From the NCBI GenBank assembly GCA_044359815.1, contig JBIKLL010000002.1:32001-96000 (forward strand): a stretch of DNA of 64,000 bases, in the 5' to 3' direction. Within the stretch, counting starts at the first letter, position 1. Every line of letters begins with the position of its first letter. A program made the translations under genes and the position numbers. This stretch comes from Pseudobdellovibrionaceae bacterium (GTDB taxonomy: Bacteria > Bdellovibrionota > Bdellovibrionia > Bdellovibrionales > Bdellovibrionaceae). Below the pieces are notes generated by a model, which searched no databases, was not told where the DNA came from, and saw only the letters and a program-made list of their open reading frames with translations. Positions 9,404 to 17,262 of this stretch are shown piece after piece.

Positions 9404-11539
9404 GTGCCTATGAAAAATAAAAACCCCATCAATAAACAAAGTGGCCAAGTAGCGTTGTTTGTTGCTTTGATATTTCAAGTTCTGTTTGTCTTTTTTGCGA
9501 TGATCATCAATATCGGATTACTTGTTCATCATAAAATTAATTTGCAAAATTCTGTCGATCTGGCTGCTTATTATGGTGCGATGAAACAGGCAGAAACTTT
9601 TAATGCTTTGTCACACATCAATTATCAAATCAGACAAGCATACAAATTATTGATGTTCAGGCATCACTCAATTGGAACTGCTGGCTATCAAGGCGACAAG
9701 ACTCCCTTTGATTTTTCAACCAAAAGAATCAAAATCGAAACCGATGAAGAAATTAAATATCCAACTGTGTTTTGCATGGGATACGAACCCGTTAGTGGAA
9801 TTGCCGACAACGAAAACTATTGCAAAGAAGCTTACGGCCAAAACAATATAACCCTGCCAGCAAAACCTGATTTACTGGGCGGAATTGCCAGATTTGGATT
9901 TTTAGGTTTTTACAATGTGATCCGAGGAACATCTATAGCCGCGAATTTGGCTGCCAAAAGAGGATGCGAAAGAATTTCTCAGATGAACTATTATGCGTTG
10001 GCCAGATTTATTGTTGCCTACAAGCAAGACATTGCAAATCGTAAAAAAGTTTTTTTGAAATTGGCGAACGAAATTTCCAAAGACAACCCCAGGGATATCG
10101 AAGGCACTAATATCAAAGAGGGTATGTTTCGCACACTGGTAAGTAATTTGACCTCTCAAAACGCTGGGCCATTAAAATCGGCCTATGGCGAAAAAGGCGA
10201 CGGGGCCGGAGCAAGCAAAGTGAATTTTGAAATTCAGAATTCCTTGTCATTGGCCGACTGTGGATCAAAAGGCAGCGAATTTGAACCCCCCGGCTGGTTA
10301 ACGGAACAGCTGTTCTGGAATCCATTTTGGTACGAAGATGCAAATTGCAGCGGCGAAACTGCAATTTCTTGGATTCCGCAGGTAATTAACTATCCGGCCA
10401 ATGCGCCCAGAAATATCGGGGACATTGTTACCAGACAATTTGTGGAACAAGTTAACGACTATCTGATGGAGCCCCCACCAGATAATGCCGAACTGAGGCT
10501 TTATCATTCGTCCATGGGGTTTGAGAAAAATCCATGGTGCATGTCTTATATGGGAGTCACTGCTACTACAACCCCATCCATTCCGTTTTCGCCAGGTTTT
10601 ACTGTCACACTGAAAGCCACGGCATATGCTAAACCCTTTGGCGGCAAACTGGGCACTTGGTACGGATCGACTTGGCCCAATGGTGCGCAGACCTCATCGA
10701 TGACTCCTGAAATCACAGAAAAACCTGGGCCGGTTCGCCGAATCCCTGGCGAAGACATCGATCCCAATAGGTTCAGACAAAATAATTCCCATGTTGATCA
10801 CAGTATTGCCAGATACCCTGGTGATGTCGCAGGAGTCAGATCAAATCTGACATTGGCATATCATCACCGTGCGATCTTCAGTAACGGAATCATAAAGCTT
10901 GGATGGTGGGATCATTTATTTTCAGAGGAAATCGGCAAATCTGGTTCCAGTAACGATCCTTTGGCGTGGGACGCAGATACAAATGCCGCTCCGTTTATGC
11001 GTGATATGGAAATCGAAGCCATCGCCCCGAACCTGTTTGATGTGGCCAATTACTCGATTGAAGCTGACTGGTACGATAATTACCTGGTCAAAATCAGAAG
11101 GGGATATGCTGCCGAAATCAACACTGTTGTCAGAGGGGATTTGGGTTACCGCGAAAATGCTAATGACAATTTAACTAAGAAATTTTCCATCAAAGATCAG
11201 CTTAATCACGTAGCTAACCCTAGCAAAACCAGAACTGACATCGCAAACAAACTGACTTACACTCTGACAAACTTGGGATCATTGTTGACCAGTTGGCAAG
11301 CACCTAGTCCCGACAATTACGTTCTGGATAGCGATCGCTTTGGTAAATGCCCAGAACCCGTCAAAGAAGAAGACGCACCTGATATGAACGCTCCTGGTAA
11401 TTGCAAAAAGGGAGCAAGGGTCGGTTACAGTGTAAAGTTAGTTTCAGAAGATTATCTGAAAAATCAAAGTTCATTAGAGATCGGCGGATCCGGGGCATCT
11501 GGTATTATTAAAAACAAACCTACACTGAGCGCCAAATAA
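9404..11539 (+). CDS. Large TadG/TadE-like pseudopilin-domain protein
   Basis: N-terminal GQVALFVALIFQVLFVFFAMIINIG...KINLQNSVDLAAYYGA matches the Tad N-terminal prepilin-like pattern. Start may be 9410. Confidence 0.75.
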   Translation: MPMKNKNPINKQSGQVALFVALIFQVLFVFFAMIINIGLLVHHKINLQNSVDLAAYYGAMKQAETFNALSHINYQIRQAYKLLMFRHHSIGTAGYQGDKTPFDFSTKRIKIETDEEIKYPTVFCMGYEPVSGIADNENYCKEAYGQNNITLPAKPDLLGGIARFGFLGFYNVIRGTSIAANLAAKRGCERISQMNYYALARFIVAYKQDIANRKKVFLKLANEISKDNPRDIEGTNIKEGMFRTLVSNLTSQNAGPLKSAYGEKGDGAGASKVNFEIQNSLSLADCGSKGSEFEPPGWLTEQLFWNPFWYEDANCSGETAISWIPQVINYPANAPRNIGDIVTRQFVEQVNDYLMEPPPDNAELRLYHSSMGFEKNPWCMSYMGVTATTTPSIPFSPGFTVTLKATAYAKPFGGKLGTWYGSTWPNGAQTSSMTPEITEKPGPVRRIPGEDIDPNRFRQNNSHVDHSIARYPGDVAGVRSNLTLAYHHRAIFSNGIIKLGWWDHLFSEEIGKSGSSNDPLAWDADTNAAPFMRDMEIEAIAPNLFDVANYSIEADWYDNYLVKIRRGYAAEINTVVRGDLGYRENANDNLTKKFSIKDQLNHVANPSKTRTDIANKLTYTLTNLGSLLTSWQAPSPDNYVLDSDRFGKCPEPVKEEDAPDMNAPGNCKKGARVGYSVKLVSEDYLKNQSSLEIGGSGASGIIKNKPTLSAK

Positions 11540-11660
11540 AATTATGGGGAATAAACAGAAGCGCCCTGCTGTACAAGAGCTGTGCAGCTTAGCTAGACCT
11601 TGGGCCAGATCAAAATTGCAAAGCTACAGCCTTAGCTGAAAAATCTTTAAGCTAACCAGA

Positions 11661-12254
11661 ATGATAAAATATTTATTTCTGATAATGTTGGTTTCAAATA
11701 ATGCTAGTGCATTCAAAGACGGTGCTTGGAATTTAGGTATTGGATACTTTGGCCAAAACCAATTTGGCAAAATCACAAAGGACATCACAGGTAAGGCATC
11801 ATCTTCAGGAACATTCACGCTGCCCTTTATCGTGCGCTTTGATGGCGAAATTAAGGATGATTATTTTATGGCAGTACGACTTGAAGCTGGCTTGCTGGGA
11901 CGCCAGATGACAGGCGGCGGAACAGTTAATATTTATCATTTATATTTTCCAGTGGGCGGCAATATCAGTCTGCCAAACAATCAAATTTTTGAATGGTATG
12001 GTGGACTGGGTATTATGACTTCTTACTTTAAAGGACCCGGTGGAACTCAGGTTTTGGATAACGGAAACTCTACCTCAACATTTGCTTTGCCTTCGTCAAC
12101 AACCTCGAGCCGAATTTACACCATTGGCGCAGGATGCGGAGTTTATTTTGAAAAAACCGATCTAGGATTCACATTGGATTTATTATTAGAGGGCCCTTTG
12201 GGTGGCAAAAAAACTGCGATGGACACATTGATGTCTTTGGTGATTCAACTATGA
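11661..12254 (+). CDS. Small outer-membrane beta-barrel-like protein
   Basis: Signal peptide (ASA-F), Gly/aromatic-rich alternating strands; stop overlaps the next start (ATGA). Confidence 0.6.
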   Translation: MIKYLFLIMLVSNNASAFKDGAWNLGIGYFGQNQFGKITKDITGKASSSGTFTLPFIVRFDGEIKDDYFMAVRLEAGLLGRQMTGGGTVNIYHLYFPVGGNISLPNNQIFEWYGGLGIMTSYFKGPGGTQVLDNGNSTSTFALPSSTTSSRIYTIGAGCGVYFEKTDLGFTLDLLLEGPLGGKKTAMDTLMSLVIQL

Positions 12255-12982
12255 AAATTATAACACTGCTTTTGTTTTTCTCTTTAAGTGCCGAAGCGTT
12301 TACCTTGATTGGGGCTGGGGGTAAAGGTTGGCGAAGAAATGATATCGCTTTCAGCTACGACATTTCAGAATGTCCTAATTTTAATATTGAACCAGTGCTC
12401 ACACAGGCATTTGCCATTTGGAACAATATCCCTGGATCAAATTTGAAACTGAGTCTTGCTGGTGCAACCACCAATCGAATAAAGGATCCTCCAACAATTT
12501 TTTGTGAAACTGATTTTAGCACCTACGGCAGCATTAATAACATTCCAGGAGTTGCATTGGATCCTTCCGAGGATTCAGAAGGTTACATTGATGGTGGCTT
12601 TGTGGTTCTAAATGCATCTGCAGGACAAGCCAGTATAAATAATTTTGATCCAACCTTGCTGGCAGTGATTCTGGCCCACGAAATTGGACACGCAATTGGC
12701 TTAGGTCATACCAGTGATCAGAATGCCTTGATGTATTTTGATGCCAGCTACAAAACCTCATTGGGACTATCACAAGACGATATTGATGGAGTGACCTATC
12801 TGTATCCACGGGATGAATTGAGTGGTGACAAACCTTTTGGTTGCGCGCGAATTGAAAATATAAACAATAATAACAATTCACGAATGATTTTATTGTTACT
12901 GTTGTTACCATTATTGGCGGCAATAATTTTGCGAATGGCCCGTGCTAAGCGAAAACTTTTTGGACGCACTGTCAATATTTAG
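12251..12982 (+). CDS. Matrixin-family (M10) zinc metalloprotease with C-terminal membrane anchor
   Basis: HEIGHAIGLGH zinc motif, ALMY Met-turn, LSQDDIDGV; C-terminal GC-linker-TM-basic tail. Confidence 0.88.
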   Translation: MKIITLLLFFSLSAEAFTLIGAGGKGWRRNDIAFSYDISECPNFNIEPVLTQAFAIWNNIPGSNLKLSLAGATTNRIKDPPTIFCETDFSTYGSINNIPGVALDPSEDSEGYIDGGFVVLNASAGQASINNFDPTLLAVILAHEIGHAIGLGHTSDQNALMYFDASYKTSLGLSQDDIDGVTYLYPRDELSGDKPFGCARIENINNNNNSRMILLLLLLPLLAAIILRMARAKRKLFGRTVNI

Positions 12983-13082
12983 CGGCCGTTAGTGACTGAA
13001 ATCATTCAATTTTAAAAAAACCTCTTAATTTTTTTTGCTCAAAACATTTGCTTATCATGCAATTCTCTCTTGAAATAATCAG

Positions 13083-13655
13083 ATGGAAATTAATTTTACA
13101 AACTTTACGGGCACCCAAGTTGATTCAAAATTATGGCTATGCAAAGAGCTTGAAGCCACGATGTTGGACAAAACTCTTTTAAAAATTTGGATTTTAGGTT
13201 CTTCATACAGTTTATTGGCTCAACAGCTGTTAACCCGTGAAAGGATTTCTATCAGTTTGATCAGGTCTTTTGATTTGGATAAATCAGCTGTCGAGTTTTC
13301 AAACAAATTTTTGGAAACTTGGGTTTGGAAGGATTGGTCCTTCAGAGCTTTTCATTTGGATGCTAATAAATTGAAATTTAATGAGACTGCTTTTGGCGGG
13401 GAGCCTGATCTGGTCATTAATGCTAACGTTGAAAAATTCGCATCCAGAAATTGGTGGGATAATATACCTTCAGGAAAACTGGTGGTGTTGCAAGGTCGCT
13501 TGGAAGATAACAGTGACTACGTTTTCAAGAATCCAAATTTAACTGCTATAAAAAATGAATTTGCTCTGGAAAAAGTTCTATTTGAGGGAACAAAAACCTT
13601 TACCTTCGCCCAGTACAGTACAACTCGATGGATGTTGATCGGTACCAAGTACTAA
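13083..13655 (+). CDS. Class I SAM-methyltransferase-like protein, possibly degenerate
   Basis: Rossmann-like pattern IWILGSSY...IRSFDLD...DANKL...DLVIN...LVVLQ...RWMLIG. Confidence 0.55.
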   Translation: MEINFTNFTGTQVDSKLWLCKELEATMLDKTLLKIWILGSSYSLLAQQLLTRERISISLIRSFDLDKSAVEFSNKFLETWVWKDWSFRAFHLDANKLKFNETAFGGEPDLVINANVEKFASRNWWDNIPSGKLVVLQGRLEDNSDYVFKNPNLTAIKNEFALEKVLFEGTKTFTFAQYSTTRWMLIGTKY

Positions 13656-13822
13656 GAATCTTAGTTTGAGTCGCAGATTTTTTATTCGATATTTGTGACC
13701 TAAACAGTGTTTTATGAGATATTTCCTCAAGTACTGATATCCTCTGATTTAAACCCTTTAAAAACCAGGTAAGCTATTGATATCTAGTATGTTTTCTGCA
13801 TCCCTAAATCGGTGGGGGTAGC

Positions 13823-14497
13823 ATGCAAACAAAGAATTTAGTCCTATTTTTGGTTTTCACTCAGATTAACCTGATGGCCTTCAATGCCACAGCTCAGGAT
13901 CAGACTTCTGATACAAAATTTATTGAAGTCTCAGATGATTATGCTCCGCCGATGGGTTTTGCCTTTGGATTTCGGCAATTACAAATAACCCATCATCATG
14001 AGAAATCTTATACATTAGATTCCGATGGTCCTACTAGGTATTATGAAGGAACAAGCGCTCTTTATGGACTAAAATTTTCCTATGATTCATTACCATCAAG
14101 TGGATGGGGCTGGAACATAGGACTTTCTTTTTTAACATACTCTGAGTACGGATCAGGTGAAAGCACTGTCCCTGAGTTTAATATATTATATAGAGTTTCA
14201 GAGAAATTTAAGTTTTATGGCGGAGTAAATACTTGGTCTATGATCAAAGATGCAAAGACCAAGGGTGACTATTTTCTGGGTATGGGGCAACAGATAGGAG
14301 TTATATTTAATCCGACTCCTATAGTTTCTTTTTCGCTCGGATACACCAGACTGGTAACTACATATAGAAATATGGATCACTATCAACCTCCAATGACTCT
14401 AACAGAAGGCTCTACACCAAGTGATCCAAAGTACTTCGGAAGAAACACTGAAATTTCGGCAGGTGGAGTTTCAGGCGAAATCACTTTTTATTTTTAA
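13823..14497 (+). CDS. Outer-membrane beta-barrel-like protein
   Basis: Signal peptide, aromatic/Gly-rich strands, C-terminal ITFYF beta-signal. Confidence 0.65.
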   Translation: MQTKNLVLFLVFTQINLMAFNATAQDQTSDTKFIEVSDDYAPPMGFAFGFRQLQITHHHEKSYTLDSDGPTRYYEGTSALYGLKFSYDSLPSSGWGWNIGLSFLTYSEYGSGESTVPEFNILYRVSEKFKFYGGVNTWSMIKDAKTKGDYFLGMGQQIGVIFNPTPIVSFSLGYTRLVTTYRNMDHYQPPMTLTEGSTPSDPKYFGRNTEISAGGVSGEITFYF

Positions 14498-14514
14498 AAA
14501 ATTTTTGGACGGCT

Positions 14515-14997
14515 CTAATCAGAATTTCTGCAATAAAAGTTCAAAACTTCCCAACCTTGTTTGCGAAAAAAGCTGCTTTTAATTACAGAACTTCCAAGAT
14601 TTACCAGATAGGTCTTATTAGTTTTTTGAACCAACTGCAGCAGCATTCTTGATTGTTTGTTTGGACTCAAAAAAAACTGGGTTTCGTAAAATCTTTGGAT
14701 TGAATATTCATCATTTGAAAACCAATCAGCGCTAAGCAATTCTGATTCAATCTCTGCTTCTTTAAATTCCAAATAAGATCCTTGCGAGTCTTCCAATGAT
14801 TTGGCCAAATCCTGCAGTTTTTTTTCAAAAAATCCAAGGTTTGAAAAACTGACCCTAACTTTATCTTGAAAAGCCGATTCAACCTGAAATGCCAAAACCC
14901 CTCTGGAATCATAGCAAAGCAAAGTTTCAGCATTCGTCGCTAAAGCCAAGTTTGAATAAATCGTCAATATCGATAAAATTATTCTTACCATCATCAT
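14515..14997 (-). CDS. Hypothetical exported protein
   Basis: Likely start MMMVRI at 14997; signal peptide (ALA); one Cys near each end. Confidence 0.6.
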   Translation of the reverse strand: MMMVRIILSILTIYSNLALATNAETLLCYDSRGVLAFQVESAFQDKVRVSFSNLGFFEKKLQDLAKSLEDSQGSYLEFKEAEIESELLSADWFSNDEYSIQRFYETQFFLSPNKQSRMLLQLVQKTNKTYLVNLGSSVIKSSFFRKQGWEVLNFYCRNSD

Positions 14998-15060
14998 ACC
15001 CACTAAATAATAAAATTTTTTGAGGTTTATAATGAACAATCTTTCCGTTTACAACTTTTT

Positions 15061-15188
15061 TCCGCCACTCCCAAAATACACTCTAACGAGGCGAACAAGA
15101 ACTTGCGACTGAGGCGAGGTTACTACCACGTCGCAAGGAAGCAAGTTTGCAGTTCAACAATGTTAGAGTGTATTTTCGGAGTGGCGGA
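15061..15188. repeat. Palindromic element E1 whose arms include the tRNA-Ser 3' end
   Basis: 15061-15087 and 15162-15188 form a 27-bp inverted repeat with 1 mismatch, beginning TCCGCCA; nested inner stems. Confidence 0.85.
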
Positions 15189-15313
15189 GAGAGAGGGATT
15201 GACTCGGGCTCATGCCCTCGTCCCCTCGCTTCGCTCGGGGCTTACGCTCAAAATTAGCCTCCTGCTAATTTTGTCGAACCCAAGGGTACGAACCATCACC
15301 ATATCCGCCACTC
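15179..15313 (-). repeat. Duplicated tRNA-Ser 3' end with a ~74-nt hairpin insertion in the T-loop, followed by a degenerate inverted copy
   Basis: 15179-15200 is identical to 15440-15461 (22 bp). An insertion at 15201-15274 separates GGGATT from CGAACCC and contains CAAAATTAGC-ctcct-GCTAATTTTG. Confidence 0.8.
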
Positions 15314-15449
15314 GAAAAAACCCCAAAGACAAGGCGCAGAGATAGTGAAAACCGAGGCAGTTCAAAGCGCCAGTGGCGCTTTGATTGATAAGTCGCAGGT
15401 TTGAGCTATCGAATGCAACGATGTATTTGGGGTTTTGTCGAGTGGCGGA
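15304..15449. repeat. Palindromic element E2 fused to the tRNA-Ser CCA end
   Basis: 15304-15327 and 15426-15449 form a 24-bp inverted repeat with 1 mismatch; inner hairpin TCAAAGCGCCA-g-TGGCGCTTTGA. Confidence 0.85.
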
Positions 15450-15532
15450 GAGAGAGGGATTCGAACCCTCGAAGCCCGCGAAGGCTTGCCAGTTTTCAAG
15501 ACTGGTGTATTCAACCGCTCTACCATCTCTCC
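15443..15532 (-). tRNA. tRNA-Ser(UGA)
   Basis: GGAGAGATGGTAGAGCGGTTGAATACACCAGTC-TTGAAA-ACTGGC...GAGGGTTCGAATCCCTCTCTCTCCGCCA. 90 nt, long variable arm, anticodon TGA, encoded CCA. Confidence 0.97.
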
Positions 15533-15603
15533 GAGATCGGTTTTATGTGTTTTGCCCACTCGGATCAACGGAATTTTTGGTTTTTTTCTAGACGCGGATG
15601 CGC

Positions 15604-16905
15604 TTAAGACTTCTTAATCTCGGATTTTCCGCTCATATAAGGCCTTAAAACTTTGGGAACCTCAATGGAGCCATCTTCCTTTTGATAGTTTTCCAAAATA
15701 GCGATCAAAGTTCTGCCAACTGCCAAGCCACTGCCATTAATAGTGTGAACAAACTGTGGCTTTCCGCCACCACCGGGCCTGAATCTGATCATGGCTCTGC
15801 GGGCTTGAAAGTCTTCAAAATTCGAACACGAACTGATTTCACGGTAGGAATCTGTTCCTGGCAAATGAACTTCCAGATCAAAACATTTTGCAGCTCCAAA
15901 ACCAATATCACGACTGCATAAGAGCATTCTTTTGTAGGGAAGCTCCAAATCCTCTAAACATTTCTCAGCATGCAAGGTCAGTTGTTCGTGCAATTGATAG
16001 GACTGTGATGGATGCGAATAAATCATCAGCTCAACTTTGTGAAACTGATGCTGTCTGATCAAACCTTTTGTGTCACGACCGTGCGATCCGGCTTCCGATC
16101 TAAAACAAGGTGAAAAAGCCGCAAATTTTTGTGGCAACATGGATTCTTCTAATATTTCATCACGGTAGTAATTTGTAACTGGAACTTCCGCAGTAGAAGC
16201 TAAAAAATAATCAGTTTTTTCCAAATGAAACACGTCTTCGACAAATTTTGGGAACTGTCCCGTTCCTATATACGAATTTGTATTAACCATGTAAGGGGGA
16301 ATCATTTCCACGTAGCCATGTTTTTGGCTGTGTAAATCCATAAAATACTGAATCAGTGCTCGTTCTAACTGTGCTGCGCCACCTTTTAAAAACGCAAAAC
16401 GTGTTCCGGTGACTTTCCCAGCTCTTTCAAAATCGATTATCCCCAGCTGCTCACCAATGTCCCAATGCTCTTTGGCCTTAAATGAAAATTTTCTGGGTTG
16501 GCCGATTTTTTTAATTTCAACATTGTCTTCTGCCCCTTTACCCTCGGGGACCTCGGCATTTAGTTGATTAGGAAGCGTTAGCAGAATTTTATTAACTTCT
16601 TGATCGACCTCAGAAGCCTTTGCTTCCAATTCTTTAACCTGCCCCGACAGCTTGCCCATTTCGCCTAACAAACTGCTGGCGTCTTTACCCTCACGCTTTA
16701 ATTTCGCAATTTCACCACTGGCTTTATTTTGCGACGCCTTGGCTGTTTCAGCGGCGGTGATAAATTCTTTGCGCTTTTTATTTAAAGCAAGAACTTCATT
16801 CAATCCATCGGTGGGGTATCCACGCATTTGCAAAGTTTTTTTGTATGCCACCAGGGTTGGTGATTCTGAATCACCTTTATTTTCAAGCAGTTTGATATCA
16901 ATCAT
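15604..16905 (-). CDS. serS: Serine--tRNA ligase
   Basis: N-terminal coiled coil, [42 protein letters not shown]. Confidence 0.98.
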   Translation of the reverse strand: MIDIKLLENKGDSESPTLVAYKKTLQMRGYPTDGLNEVLALNKKRKEFITAAETAKASQNKASGEIAKLKREGKDASSLLGEMGKLSGQVKELEAKASEVDQEVNKILLTLPNQLNAEVPEGKGAEDNVEIKKIGQPRKFSFKAKEHWDIGEQLGIIDFERAGKVTGTRFAFLKGGAAQLERALIQYFMDLHSQKHGYVEMIPPYMVNTNSYIGTGQFPKFVEDVFHLEKTDYFLASTAEVPVTNYYRDEILEESMLPQKFAAFSPCFRSEAGSHGRDTKGLIRQHQFHKVELMIYSHPSQSYQLHEQLTLHAEKCLEDLELPYKRMLLCSRDIGFGAAKCFDLEVHLPGTDSYREISSCSNFEDFQARRAMIRFRPGGGGKPQFVHTINGSGLAVGRTLIAILENYQKEDGSIEVPKVLRPYMSGKSEIKKS

Positions 16906-16917
16906 TGAGTTGCCTTT

Positions 16918-17226
16918 TTAAGGAGCCATTAAGATGTACATTCTTAAAAGCAACCCAACCAAAACGCAAATTAAATCAAAAAGCAAAACCTGCAAAATAG
17001 ACCAATTCCAAAGCAATCTCATAACCAGACTGGTTACCACTACCATTATGAAAACAAAGGCAAAGTTACCGAAAGTCATCATTTCTTGCATGATCAAGGC
17101 CACCGTGTAGGCCAGCATAAAAGAAGTGAAGGATTTTAATGAAACTCCAAAAATTGATGTTGTGGACCGCTTTACGCCATCTTGCATCTGCGATGCGATT
17201 CGCTCTACCTTATCAGTGATTCCCAT
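16918..17226 (-). CDS. Small hypothetical membrane protein (about 3 TM)
   Basis: Likely start MGITDK at 17226 after a GAGGGGG RBS; hydrophobic C-terminal two-thirds. Confidence 0.75.
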   Translation of the reverse strand: MGITDKVERIASQMQDGVKRSTTSIFGVSLKSFTSFMLAYTVALIMQEMMTFGNFAFVFIMVVVTSLVMRLLWNWSILQVLLFDLICVLVGLLLRMYILMAP

Positions 17227-17262
17227 AAATCCCCCTCTTTCAATAGACTGACACAAAAAAAT

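Noticed and set aside
15061..15449. CRISPR array
   Set aside because: Repeats are inverted and tRNA-derived, not regularly spaced direct repeats with unique spacers; no cas genes in the window.
15179..15461. 22-bp direct repeat of the tRNA-Ser 3' end as attL/attR of a prophage or genomic island
   Set aside because: The copies are only 261 bp apart, with no integrase or cargo between them. Treated as part of the palindromic element cluster.
15103..15617. Five short ORFs of 60-80 aa in the track
   Set aside because: They overlap the tRNA and GC-rich palindromes, lack RBSs and have no protein-like features.
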